This document shows, in pieces, positions 9,345 through 17,997 of a stretch of 62,875 nt of DNA; the stretch's first letter is position 1, and each line of letters begins with the position of its first letter. The position numbers were made by a program, and so were the translations under genes. This DNA is from a virus. Location of the stretch: IMG/VR virus record IMGVR_UViG_3300030739_000001. One strand, 5' to 3'. The notes below the pieces were generated by a model. The model did no database searches, had not been told where the DNA came from, and saw only the letters and a list, made by a program, of their open reading frames with translations.

Positions 9345-9941
9345 TCAACGAACGGTCATATAACGGGCGGTACGCACGGCTTCGCCGAGGTTGCGATCCA
9401 CGTAGGTCTGCATGTATTGGCCGAACGACCCCTTCATCGAGTCCAGCGCCGGCCGCATGAACGGCGTTCCCGGCACCCAGTGCGCCATCACCGACAGCGT
9501 GGACTGGTACGCCTTGCGCGCGTCGTCGCGGCGGCCGGTGCGGTGCAGGAGCACCGCGCTCGGCGTGCGCGTCCAGTGCCCGTACTCCTCGAATGCCGCG
9601 TACCACGCGCCTGTCGCGTTGGTGGCCTTGCCCTGGTTGCGCTTGTGGGCCCACTTGCCCGAGCCCATGCGCACGCCGACCTTCCACACCTCCCAGGGGC
9701 CGAAGCACGCCTCGGGGATCCGCATGCGGTAGATCGACGCCTTCAGGTTGCCGGCGGGGGCCTGCCCGGTCTTCTCGGGACCGGCGAGCTCGGGCGCGAG
9801 CGCAATGGCTCGATCGCGCAGCTCGGTCATGACGGCGTTGGCCGCGCCGCGCACGAGCCGCTCGCGCAGAATCGCCGGCAGGCCCAGGAGTTCGCTGGTG
9901 AACTTGGACATCTCGCTCACGTCGATGCGCAGCGTGTCCAT
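9345..9941 (-). CDS. HK97 gp10-family tail-component protein
   Basis: Start MDTLRIDVSEM at 9941 in an ATGA overlap. The motifs APAGNLKASIY and GTPFMRPALD are present. The track ORF 9345..10256 is over-extended. Confidence 0.65.
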   Translation of the reverse strand: MDTLRIDVSEMSKFTSELLGLPAILRERLVRGAANAVMTELRDRAIALAPELAGPEKTGQAPAGNLKASIYRMRIPEACFGPWEVWKVGVRMGSGKWAHKRNQGKATNATGAWYAAFEEYGHWTRTPSAVLLHRTGRRDDARKAYQSTLSVMAHWVPGTPFMRPALDSMKGSFGQYMQTYVDRNLGEAVRTARYMTVR

Positions 9942-10635
9942 CAGCCAACCCCGAAGATGGTGCGCTTGATGAGTGCGGACTGAGCTTCCGCGTCGTCCAG
10001 CAGGATGGGTTCGTTGCTGGCCTTGGCCTTGCCGAACTCGCGGGCGAGCGCAGGGAAGAAGTCTTCCGGGCCGAGCGCCTGCGAGTCCTTGCCCCGGTGC
10101 ACGTTGGCGACGGTGGCGCAGACCTGGCCGAAGGCGTGCAACTGCGGCAGCGCCCCCATCGGCTCGAGTCGGTCGAACGCCATCATTTCCACGATTTCCT
10201 CCGACGTGACAGAAGCAAGCAGTTCCCGCGCGGTGCGTCCGGTTTGCTGCGCCCAACGCAGGATGAACCTGCGTTCCGGCCGCGCGATCAGTTTCCCGTG
10301 GCTGCCTCGATGGCGCCGGCCTTCATCGCATTGAGCGTTTCGATCGCATCGACCACGCGTTCCAGGGCCTTGTCGTTCTTGGTGCCGAGGATCTGCACGT
10401 CATCGAGCGTGAACGCCAGCGAGCCGTCCTCCTGCACGACGCTGACCGCGACGAGCTTGAGGTTGTATCCCTCGCCGCTGGGCTTGCCCGCGGCGTCGAG
10501 CAGCGACCGGCCGAATGCCTCGCGCTGCGTGCCAGTGAGCGAGCGGATGCGGACTTCGCCACCCCACTCCGGGACGGGAACGTCCACGGTTTTGAGGTCG
10601 TCGGCAGTGAGGATGGCAGCGCGGGAGAGCAGCAT
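9941..10635 (-). CDS. Tail assembly chaperone GT fusion, made by a -1 programmed frameshift at 10297-10291
   Basis: The -1 frame is open from before the G stop through to 9941. After the slip it reads GKLIARPERRFILRWAQQTGRTARELLASVTSEEIVEMMAFDRLEP.. Confidence 0.7.
10288..10635 (-). CDS. Tail assembly chaperone G
   Basis: Likely start MLLSRAAILTADDLK at 10635. The track start at 10701 lies inside the TTCGTT box. The ORF ends ..EAATGN, right after the slippery heptamer. Confidence 0.7.
   Translation of the reverse strand: MLLSRAAILTADDLKTVDVPVPEWGGEVRIRSLTGTQREAFGRSLLDAAGKPSGEGYNLKLVAVSVVQEDGSLAFTLDDVQILGTKNDKALERVVDAIETLNAMKAGAIEAATGN
10291..10297 (-). promoter_or_regulatory. Slippery heptamer G GGA AAC for the G/GT -1 frameshift
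   Basis: The minus strand reads acG GGA AAC TGA in correct X XXY YYZ phasing, immediately before the G stop. Lambda uses G GGA AAG at the equivalent site. Confidence 0.7.
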
Positions 10636-10689
10636 GGTTGTTCCTGTGATGAATGAAGAATGCGACGGGCCCTTTTCAGAGCACGTCGC

Positions 10690-10718
10690 ATTGTCTGACA
10701 TTTAACGAATTAGCACCA
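10690..10718 (-). promoter_or_regulatory. TTCGTT-box copy (CTAATTCGTTAAATGTCAG) between the tail tube and chaperone genes
   Basis: Nineteen nt are identical to the copy at 20505-20523. A possible promoter reading is TGGTGC-N17-GACAAT. Confidence 0.4.
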
Positions 10719-11372
10719 CGTGACCGGGCCGCTGATCCGCACGTCGAGCTGGCGCTTCACGACCTGGTCGACGCCGCCCTGCATGGAGAACTTGCGCACG
10801 AAGCCCTGGAACGAGGCGGTGTCGCCATTCGGCAGCGAGAGGATGAAGTTCGTGAGCGCACCCGCCACGTACTGCTGCTGCACGCGCGCCTGGCCCGGAT
10901 CCTGCAGGTTGTGGTCGACCTCGATCTGAAGCTGGCCGAAGTCCACCAGGCCGAGACGGATCTCCTTGGCCAGCGAGGCCATGTTGGTCACGTCGATTTC
11001 CGACGCCTGACCGTCCAGGCCGTTGAAGGTGCGGAAGTTGGCGACCGTCAGGTACGTGGTGCCCTGGATGGAGCCGGTGGCCGCGGTGAAGACCAGGCCG
11101 AACGTGTTCACCTGGATGGTGAAAGACGTGGAGCTCACGAGGCTGATGGCGTAGGTGTTGCCGTTGAGGGTCGCGGCGCCCGTGCCGGCGAAGGCCGACA
11201 GCGCAACGCTCGCGCCGTCTGCGAGGCCGTGGGGCGCCGTGGTCGTGATGAGCGTGGTGGTGCCCGCGGCCGAGGTGGTCGGCGTGACCGACGAGGCGGT
11301 GGACGCGGCCGGCGCGGTGGCCGAGGCGATGCCGAAGGTCGAGCCCTGGGCGGAGATGGCGGAGGAAGTCAT
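10710..11372 (-). CDS. Major tail (tube) protein
   Basis: 220 aa, Ser/Thr/Ala-rich, positioned between the DUF3168-like gene and the chaperones. Confidence 0.7.
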   Translation of the reverse strand: MTSSAISAQGSTFGIASATAPAASTASSVTPTTSAAGTTTLITTTAPHGLADGASVALSAFAGTGAATLNGNTYAISLVSSTSFTIQVNTFGLVFTAATGSIQGTTYLTVANFRTFNGLDGQASEIDVTNMASLAKEIRLGLVDFGQLQIEVDHNLQDPGQARVQQQYVAGALTNFILSLPNGDTASFQGFVRKFSMQGGVDQVVKRQLDVRISGPVTWC

Positions 11373-11384
11373 GAGCAGGGCTCC

Positions 11385-11750
11385 TTATGGATTGGTGGAC
11401 CAAACAGAAAAGTCGATGGAACGCTTGAAGGCCCGGACTTGGTCCTCGTACGCGTCGCGCGTGGTGAGCTGGGTGCTCGTGAAAGGCCCCGCCGCCATCG
11501 CCGCGATGACGATGGCGGCGGCGGCTTCAAGGTTCTGCACCGTGTCGCTGTAGAGGTCCACTTGGACACGGGTGTTCTGGAGCGCGGAGGCGCCGGCAAG
11601 CGTGTTGTTCGTGGGCGAGCTCGGCTTCATCCACACGATGTAGGGGAACGCGATGTTCTCGTTCAGCTCGAACGAGTTGATGCCGTACGTCGCGCCACCG
11701 GCCACGGTGGGCGCGAGCGTCGCCTGGATCGTTTCGTGGAGGGTTGACAC
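11385..11750 (-). CDS. Tail completion / terminator protein (DUF3168-like)
   Basis: 121 aa, GTG start. Reads ..FPYIVWMKPSSPTNNTL..RVQVDLYS.. Confidence 0.6.
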   Translation of the reverse strand: MSTLHETIQATLAPTVAGGATYGINSFELNENIAFPYIVWMKPSSPTNNTLAGASALQNTRVQVDLYSDTVQNLEAAAAIVIAAMAAGPFTSTQLTTRDAYEDQVRAFKRSIDFSVWSTNP

Positions 11751-11751
11751 A

Positions 11752-12096
11752 TCAGCCTCGCGTCAGACCCTGCTGGCACATCAGCGTCAGCTTGCGATGC
11801 CGCGCGTAGTCGTCCACCACGCTCAGGATGTTGTAGACCGCGCCCTGGTACGTGAGCCGCATCGCCGCTGTGATGCTAGGCCGATAGCGGACGACGACGG
11901 TAATCATCGTTTCATCGAGCTGCGCGCCGGCCGCGACCAGCTCCGAGCCCGACATGGGCTCGACGGACGCGCGGGCGGTCAGGAGGGTCGTCCACGTCTC
12001 TGACTGCTGCCCGAACGTGTCGACGGCCATGCTGCGCTGCTGGATCGTGACGACGCGATTGAGCGAGCCGGCCTGGAGGGGGGTGGAGTAGGTCAT
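11752..12096 (-). CDS. Head-tail adaptor / head closure protein (SPP1 gp16-like)
   Basis: Start MTYSTPLQAGSLNRVVTIQQRS at 12096 in an ATGA overlap. The motif RLTYQGAVYNILSVVD is present. Confidence 0.65.
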   Translation of the reverse strand: MTYSTPLQAGSLNRVVTIQQRSMAVDTFGQQSETWTTLLTARASVEPMSGSELVAAGAQLDETMITVVVRYRPSITAAMRLTYQGAVYNILSVVDDYARHRKLTLMCQQGLTRG

Positions 12097-12749
12097 GCCA
12101 GGCTCACCACCCACGGGTCGAGCAGACGATCCACGTAGGGGAGCGCTTCGACCTTGCCGCGCGGCATCACCGCGACTTCTTCGCGGTTCTGGTACAGCGT
12201 GGCGACGCGCATCTTGATCCAGTTGCAGATCGCCGCGGGCACGTCGGTCGCGTCAGGGCCGAAGCCCGCCGTGAAGTTGATCTTGACGGCCCCGATTTGC
12301 GGGATGGTGATCGGCCAGAAGTAGCCGAACGCCGGGCCGAGCCGGCCCACGTTGCCGTCGAGGTCGATGGCGAACTTCTGCTCGCCGACCACGGTGGCCG
12401 TCTGCCCGGGAGTGCCGGGCGCCGTGATGGTCTGAGCGGTGCCGGTCATGTCGATGTAGACGATGCTGTCTACCGACACGATCGGCGCCTTCTCGATCAA
12501 CACGGTACTGAAGAAGGGCCCGACTCCCGACGATGCCTCATCGCCGAAGGAGTCGAGCGTCATCCGCCATTGCTGCTGGATGAAACTGCGGTTGCAGTAG
12601 GATTCCGCGTACTCGCGCGCGCCCTGGATCAACAGCGTGATGAGGCCGTCGTCGGCCGTCAGGTCGGTGTCAATGTTGAGGGCGCTCTTGCAATCCGCCA
12701 GCGAGACGGGCTCGCTGGTCGGTTGCACGGTGCGGAAGTACGCGGCCAC
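12093..12749 (-). CDS. Head-tail connector (gp6-like DNA-packaging protein)
   Basis: 218 aa, GTG start with an AAGGA RBS. Reads ..VSLADCKSALNIDTDLTADDGLITLLIQGAREYAESYCNRSF. Confidence 0.6.
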   Translation of the reverse strand: MAAYFRTVQPTSEPVSLADCKSALNIDTDLTADDGLITLLIQGAREYAESYCNRSFIQQQWRMTLDSFGDEASSGVGPFFSTVLIEKAPIVSVDSIVYIDMTGTAQTITAPGTPGQTATVVGEQKFAIDLDGNVGRLGPAFGYFWPITIPQIGAVKINFTAGFGPDATDVPAAICNWIKMRVATLYQNREEVAVMPRGKVEALPYVDRLLDPWVVSLA

Positions 12750-12758
12750 GGTCGATCC

Positions 12759-13214
12759 TTAGATGACCTGAACCACGCCGGCCTGGTTGAAGGCGCTGGC
12801 GGGGCCGTAGCGCGCCACGAGGCCGAACAGCGTGGCCTGCGTGAGCACGGCGTTGACGCCCACGGTGACCGTCACGGCGACGTAGCCGTAGCCGTTGTTC
12901 GAGTCCAGCCAGTCGTTCAGCATGTCGAGCGTGACCTGCTGGTTGCTCAGGCTGACGGCGGTGCTCGTCACGGCTGCGCCCGTGATGGCGTTGACGACCG
13001 GCTTGGCGCCCGTGCCGGTGTTGGTCGTGGCCTGCGAGAACGCCACGACGACGGTGCCCGCGGCGCCGATCGAGCCGACATCGAGAACGGCGGCGAAACG
13101 CTGGAAGTCGGCGGCCGACACCCACGTGGTGGTTGCGGCGCCGACGGCTTGCGACGACGGATCGAGGGTGGCCGCGATTGCGACGACCTCGGAGAGCTTG
13201 AAATTCGAGTTCAT
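12759..13214 (-). CDS. Hypothetical structural protein downstream of the capsid gene
   Basis: 151 aa, non-Arg-rich composition, GGAG RBS. Confidence 0.6.
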   Translation of the reverse strand: MNSNFKLSEVVAIAATLDPSSQAVGAATTTWVSAADFQRFAAVLDVGSIGAAGTVVVAFSQATTNTGTGAKPVVNAITGAAVTSTAVSLSNQQVTLDMLNDWLDSNNGYGYVAVTVTVGVNAVLTQATLFGLVARYGPASAFNQAGVVQVI

Positions 13215-13246
13215 GAGGACTCCAGAAGATGAAGATGTGCGTCGAG

Positions 13247-13266
13247 ACGGGGCCCGAAGGCCCCGT
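13247..13266 (-). terminator. GC hairpin (8-bp stem, TTCG loop) after the capsid gene; attenuator or stabiliser, no U-run
   Basis: The minus strand reads ACGGGGCC-ttcg-GGCCCCGT. Confidence 0.4.
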
Positions 13267-13271
13267 GCCGA

Positions 13272-14627
13272 TTACGGGCGAGCCGCCAGCGTGACGAAGT
13301 ACGAGCGGGTCTGCGAACCCTTGCCGGCGGGGGCCGGGATCGGGGCCTGCGTGATCGGCTGGCCGTCCATGCGGAAGATGAAGCGGAAGGCCGTGGCGTT
13401 CGCGTCGAAGTACAGGTGCATCGACGTGGCCGTCTCGACACCGGCAGCCTTGGTGATCGTGCGGTAGCCCTTGAGCGACAGCAGCGAGATGTCCGACTGC
13501 TGACCGATCGTGTTGGCGTGCTCCGACAGGATCAGCGGGCGGCCGTTCAGCGTGCCGTCGAAACCAGCGTGGATGCCGGTGCCCGGCGGCAGGAAGATCG
13601 GGATCTGGCCGACCGTCATGCCCTCGAGCTGCGCCAGGATGTCGGGGTTGCCGACCCACACGGCGTTCTTCAGCTCGCCGGTCTTCAGGCGCGAGCGCAT
13701 GCCGGAAATGTTGGCCTGCGTCAGCGTGCCGGTGGCCTGCGCGTTCGTCTTCGGCTGGATGATCAGCGCGCCCGCATTGGCGTTCATGCAACCCAGGGGC
13801 TGCTGGCCGCCGGGGCCGAACAGGATGGCCTCGTTGGTCTTCCACTGGATGCGGTCGGCAGCCAGGCCGGTCAGGTAGCCGCCGAGCGCCGGGGCGTCTT
13901 CCAGCAGCTCGTTGGTCACCGGGATCAGGACCATCAGTTCCTTCAGGCGCAGCAGGTCGATGCCGAGCGACGGCTTCGTGGTGGCGGCGGCCGAGCCTTC
14001 ACCCTTCCAATACGCTTGCGCACCGGTCGGATCCCACGGGGCCTTTTCGTCCTTGGGGAAGGCCATCGAGTTCGAGCTGACCTCGGTGTTCTCGGTCAGC
14101 GGCAGCAGCGAGCCCTCGGTCTGCACCGAGATGCGCCAGATTTCCGACGAGAACTCCGGGGGGATGGCGAAGCCGCCGTCCGCACCGCTCGACTCGTTCA
14201 TCGTGGTGCCGGGGGCGGACGCCTGGAAAGCCAGGCGCGGGTCGACGCGGCCACCACTGTGGGCGCTGCGGACGGACTGAAAGAAGTCGCCCTTGGTCTT
14301 GAAACCGCGGCGGGGGTCGGCCAGCACGTTCTCGGTGACCGTGATGTTGGCGTTGGCCGGGATCGTGACGGCGGCGTTGGGCGCGTTGGTGGCGCCAGCG
14401 CCGTTCATCGGGCTCGGACGAACCAGGCCGGCTTCCATCGCCTCCAGTTCGGTTTGACGATCGATGTTGCGAGACGCGGCGGCGGCCTCGGCCTTGGCCG
14501 CGGCGTACTGCGCCTCTTCTTCCGGCGTGTAGTCGGTCTTGGCGCCCACGAGGGTCGCGGCGAGAGCCTTCATCTTGTCGATGGCGGCTGCCTTTTGCGC
14601 TTGGAGTGCGCGGATTTGTGCGGACAT
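13272..14627 (-). CDS. Major capsid protein, HK97 family
   Basis: Start MSAQIRALQAQKAAAIDKMK at 14627 with an AGGAG RBS. An N-terminal delta-like coiled coil is followed by an HK97-type body. Confidence 0.85.
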   Translation of the reverse strand: MSAQIRALQAQKAAAIDKMKALAATLVGAKTDYTPEEEAQYAAAKAEAAAASRNIDRQTELEAMEAGLVRPSPMNGAGATNAPNAAVTIPANANITVTENVLADPRRGFKTKGDFFQSVRSAHSGGRVDPRLAFQASAPGTTMNESSGADGGFAIPPEFSSEIWRISVQTEGSLLPLTENTEVSSNSMAFPKDEKAPWDPTGAQAYWKGEGSAAATTKPSLGIDLLRLKELMVLIPVTNELLEDAPALGGYLTGLAADRIQWKTNEAILFGPGGQQPLGCMNANAGALIIQPKTNAQATGTLTQANISGMRSRLKTGELKNAVWVGNPDILAQLEGMTVGQIPIFLPPGTGIHAGFDGTLNGRPLILSEHANTIGQQSDISLLSLKGYRTITKAAGVETATSMHLYFDANATAFRFIFRMDGQPITQAPIPAPAGKGSQTRSYFVTLAARP

Positions 14628-14648
14628 AGCTGTGTAACTCCTGTGAGG

Positions 14649-14660
14649 TTTAACGAAGGA
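14649..14660 (-). promoter_or_regulatory. TTCGTT-box copy (cCTTCGTTAAAc) inside the capsid 5' leader
   Basis: Read on the minus strand, about 20 nt upstream of the capsid RBS. Confidence 0.35.
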
Positions 14661-14778
14661 TGCACTGCGACCCTTTGGGGTCAGCCTCAAGGGAGCCGTA
14701 GGGCTCCCTCGGGGACCGGGCCGTGCGCAGCCCAAAAACCTTTGCAGTAGGGTTTACCCCTATTGCTATTGCAGGCCG

Positions 14779-14807
14779 ACTCTAGTTCGTTTTATGTGTC
14801 AAGTCAA
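14779..14807 (-). promoter_or_regulatory. Late promoter-like element TTGACT-N17-TAGAGT upstream of the capsid gene
   Basis: The minus strand reads gaaTTGACTtgacacataaaacgaacTAGAGTcggc. The -35 overlaps the protease stop codon. Confidence 0.6.
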
Positions 14808-15704
14808 TTCTGCGATGTCGATCTCGGCGCGAGAGCGGGCCGCGGTGGCCTTCTTGCCCTTCTTCTGCATGCCGGCCACGACCTGGTCGAACGTCGCGAC
14901 GCCATCGACCATGCCGGCCTTGAGCGCGGCCGGCGCGTCCAGCACGCGGCCTTGACCCATGCCGTTGCGCACGTCGTCGACCGAGACGTTGCGGCCCTGC
15001 GCGACCGCCTTGACGAACGTGGTGTAGAAGCTGTCCACGCTTTGCTGCAGGTTGGCCTCGGCCTCCTCGGACAGCGGCTCGAACGGGTTGCCCTCCGTCT
15101 TGAACTTGCCCGCGCTGATGAACTTCGTGACGACGCCCTCGGCCTCCATGGCCTTGCTCACGTCCTGGTGGATCATGTAGACGCCGATCGAGCCGACCTG
15201 GCCGGACGGCGCGACGTAGAACTCGCTCGCCGCGGTGCCGAGCCAGTAGGCCGCGCTCGCCGCGGTGTAGCCGGCGTAGGCGACGACCGGCTTGCCCGAC
15301 GCTCGGATCTCGTCGGCGAGCTCCATCACGCCGTGGACGTTCCCACCCGGAGAGTCGATGAAAAGCAGGATCTGGCCCACGCTGTCGTCGGCGTTGGCGG
15401 CCTTGAGCTGCTGCGAGATGTCCTGGCAAGAGGTGCCGCCGTCGCACATGCCGATGTCCGACGCGTAGGGGGCGATGGCACCCTTGACCGAGATGACTTG
15501 GATCGAGCCGCCGCCGACCTTGGGCGGCTGGCGCGGGCCGGCGCGCAGCGGGCCGCGCGAGTCCAGCTCGTCGTCTTCCATGGCAACGGTCTTGCCGTCC
15601 TTGACCATGTAGGCACGCACGAGCACGTCGCCGAACGACTTGATGTACTTGGGATCCATCGCCCACGGGGTGGCGAGGCACGAGGCCAGGAAATGCTTGC
15701 TCAT
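14799..15704 (-). CDS. Head maturation protease, S49 (SppA/ClpP-like) family
   Basis: 301 aa. Reads ..ILLFIDSPGGNVHG..AYAGYTAASAAYWLG..GSIGV.. Confidence 0.8.
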   Translation of the reverse strand: MSKHFLASCLATPWAMDPKYIKSFGDVLVRAYMVKDGKTVAMEDDELDSRGPLRAGPRQPPKVGGGSIQVISVKGAIAPYASDIGMCDGGTSCQDISQQLKAANADDSVGQILLFIDSPGGNVHGVMELADEIRASGKPVVAYAGYTAASAAYWLGTAASEFYVAPSGQVGSIGVYMIHQDVSKAMEAEGVVTKFISAGKFKTEGNPFEPLSEEAEANLQQSVDSFYTTFVKAVAQGRNVSVDDVRNGMGQGRVLDAPAALKAGMVDGVATFDQVVAGMQKKGKKATAARSRAEIDIAELT

Positions 15705-15949
15705 TCGGAAATCTCCACGAGGTGGTAGCGGGTGGTCTTGGTGGTGTGGGCGTCACGCGCGTACTCGCGGGCGGTCGAATCGAGGCTTGTCACGTCTGCC
15801 TCGGCGAGGAACACGTGGCGCTCGATGGCCACGACGGGTGCCTTGTCGACTTCCAGGCGCAGCGTCATGGACACGACGCCACCCGTGGGCAGGTCGATGA
15901 CCTTCTTGAGCGCCTCGTAGACGGCATGGGGGGTGGTGGTGTGGCTCAT
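15701..15949 (-). CDS. Hypothetical protein (82 aa)
   Basis: Start MSHTTTPHAVYEALKK at 15949, with ATGA overlaps at both ends. Confidence 0.55.
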   Translation of the reverse strand: MSHTTTPHAVYEALKKVIDLPTGGVVSMTLRLEVDKAPVVAIERHVFLAEADVTSLDSTAREYARDAHTTKTTRYHLVEISE

Positions 15950-16158
15950 GTCAGTTCTCCTTGCGGCGGGATGAGGCCCACCTTCGCGGCGGCCTGGACG
16001 ACGAGCCGAAACCACGCGTCCTGCGTCAGTTGGATGGCCGAGCCGCACTGCGCGCCGCGCGTGCGCACGATGACCTCCACGCCCCCGTCGCGCTCGTTGA
16101 CGGACAGGTATGCGGGGTTCGAGCCCGACGGCTCTGTGTGGGCGACGATGTTGGTCAT
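15946..16158 (-). CDS. Hypothetical protein (70 aa)
   Basis: MTNIVAHTEPSGSNPAYLSVNERDGG.., in an ATGA overlap with the portal stop. Confidence 0.55.
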   Translation of the reverse strand: MTNIVAHTEPSGSNPAYLSVNERDGGVEVIVRTRGAQCGSAIQLTQDAWFRLVVQAAAKVGLIPPQGELT

Positions 16159-17753
16159 TCGATGGCCTCCGCCAAGTGCAGCAGCGAGGTCAGCACCAGC
16201 GCCTCGTCCACGGTGGTGTTCCCCGCCAGCCAGGCTGCAGCGGCGGCCTCGTCGATGGCGAGGGCGTCGGCCAGCAGATCGGCGCTCGGCGGCTTGCCGG
16301 CGGCAACGCGGCGCGCCATGCGCTGCGCGTTGCCGGTGATGAGGGCGACCATGCGCTGGAGCGTGTCCTCCGCCTGCAGGGCTGCGGCGGCGCGCAACGC
16401 GGCGGCCTCAGCTTCCATCGCGCGTTCCATCACGACCGCGCCCTTGGCCGGCTTGGGCTTGGACGCCGGTTTGGCCGGCTTCCCGGGTGCCTTGCCCGGC
16501 GACGCAGGGGCGGCCGCGGGATCATCCGGCTCCGGTTCCGCTGCGTCGCCGGCAGGCTCAGCGTCCTCGCCAACATCGTCGGCGGGGATCATGTTCATGG
16601 GCACGAGCGGGTCGTCGAGGTCGGCGCCCAGCTTGTCGAGGCCCTCCATCTCGCGAGCCTCGTTGCGGGTCAGCCAGCCCCACTGAATGCCGTTCATGTA
16701 GTAGGCGGAGCGCGCTGCGGAATCGCCGCGCATCATCCGCTTCATGTCGAACTCGACCTCGAGGCGAGTGTCCACGCCGAGCAGCTGGAACTCGATGCTG
16801 GACTCCCAGCACTCAGCCCACGGCAACATCGTGTCGGTCCAGAACTCCATCGACTGGTGCTCGATGTTGTTGTTCGTGGAGCGCGAGAGGTCGCCGATCT
16901 TGTGCGGCGGCACGCGGAAGATGCGCGCGATGTCGCTGATCTTCGCGGCGCGGGCTTCCACGAACTGCGAGTCGGCGTTGCTCACCGACAGCTCGTGGAA
17001 CTTCATGCCCTTCTCGAGCACGGCCACCTTGCCGCGGTTGACGCCGCCCTGCATCTTCTGCCACGACTCGCGGAAGTCCTGCTTGCCCTGCGTGCCGTTG
17101 AACGACCCCGGCACTTCGATCCAGCCGCCGCCAGGCTTGGCGTCGTTCTGGTAGAAGCGGTTCGAGTACGCCTGCATCTCCAGACCCTCGGAGATGGCGG
17201 TGCGACAGGCTTCGATCGGCGAGATGCCGAGGATGCCGTCGTTGGACAGGCCGCGCAGATGCCAGATTTCGCCGCGCGTGTAGTAAATCGTGTCGCCCTT
17301 GTCGGTGCGGTACTTGTAGCGATAGTTGCCGTTGTCCAGCATGTCGATCGACATGCGGTCGGGGTGCAACGGGAGCAGCTCGGTGATCTGGCCGCGGCCG
17401 TCGGCGGCGATCTGGCAGAAGGCATTGCCGCGCAGCGCGAGGTGCCCCATCAGCATGAGGCGCCACTCGAACGCCGACTGGAACTTGTTCGGCTGCTTCG
17501 TGAACAGGCGCACGGCCCAGTGGTCGGCCTGCTTCTTGCGGGAAGTGCCCGCCGCGTTCGGCTTGTAGAGCGTGAACGGCATGCACGCGAACGACTCCGC
17601 GAGCACCTTGACGCACGCGTAGACCGCCGTCAGCGACATGGCCTGGTTGGGCGTCGCGAGCGAGCCCCCGGGCGAGTCAGAGAACCAGAAACCACCCCAC
17701 ACGGAGCGGTCCATCGGGCTCACCGACGACGCTTTGGGCTTGAACAGGAACAT
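16155..17753 (-). CDS. Portal protein, HK97 family
   Basis: Start MFLFKPKASSVSPMDRSVWGG at 17753. The body is portal-like. The C-terminal tail is acidic and Pro/Ala-rich. Confidence 0.85.
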   Translation of the reverse strand: MFLFKPKASSVSPMDRSVWGGFWFSDSPGGSLATPNQAMSLTAVYACVKVLAESFACMPFTLYKPNAAGTSRKKQADHWAVRLFTKQPNKFQSAFEWRLMLMGHLALRGNAFCQIAADGRGQITELLPLHPDRMSIDMLDNGNYRYKYRTDKGDTIYYTRGEIWHLRGLSNDGILGISPIEACRTAISEGLEMQAYSNRFYQNDAKPGGGWIEVPGSFNGTQGKQDFRESWQKMQGGVNRGKVAVLEKGMKFHELSVSNADSQFVEARAAKISDIARIFRVPPHKIGDLSRSTNNNIEHQSMEFWTDTMLPWAECWESSIEFQLLGVDTRLEVEFDMKRMMRGDSAARSAYYMNGIQWGWLTRNEAREMEGLDKLGADLDDPLVPMNMIPADDVGEDAEPAGDAAEPEPDDPAAAPASPGKAPGKPAKPASKPKPAKGAVVMERAMEAEAAALRAAAALQAEDTLQRMVALITGNAQRMARRVAAGKPPSADLLADALAIDEAAAAAWLAGNTTVDEALVLTSLLHLAEAIE

Positions 17754-17917
17754 CAGTCGCTCCGAATGCGCGTGAGGCGCGCCGCGGCGAACGTGCCGAC
17801 GATGAGCGCAACGCCGAGGACGATGGAGGCCACCGGCCACGAGAACTGCAGGCCCACGCCGCCGAAGACCAGGGCGAGCCCGACGGCGACAGAAGCGTTG
17901 AAAACTCGGGAGTCCAT
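17753..17917 (-). CDS. Small two-TM membrane protein (54 aa), below the track size cut-off
   Basis: Hand translation MDSRVFNASVAVGLALVFGGVGLQFSWPVASIVLGVALIVGTFAAARLTRIRSD. Its stop overlaps the portal ATG (TGATG). Confidence 0.5.
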   Translation of the reverse strand: MDSRVFNASVAVGLALVFGGVGLQFSWPVASIVLGVALIVGTFAAARLTRIRSD

Positions 17918-17968
17918 GTGGGTGCGGCGGCGTTTGGTTGAGGGAAAACCCCTATTGCTTGCCGTCGC

Positions 17969-17997
17969 ACTCTAGTGATATTTAACGTACAAGTCAA
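17969..17997 (-). promoter_or_regulatory. Late promoter-like element TTGACT-N17-TAGAGT
   Basis: The minus strand reads gtTTGACTtgtacgttaaatatcacTAGAGTgcg. The TerL stop codon lies inside the -35. Confidence 0.6.

Noticed and set aside
10636-10701. An N-terminal extension of the chaperone G gene, with the ATG at 10701.
   Set aside because: That ATG lies inside the conserved TTCGTT box (aaATGtcag). The downstream ATG at 10635 gives a typical chaperone N-terminus.
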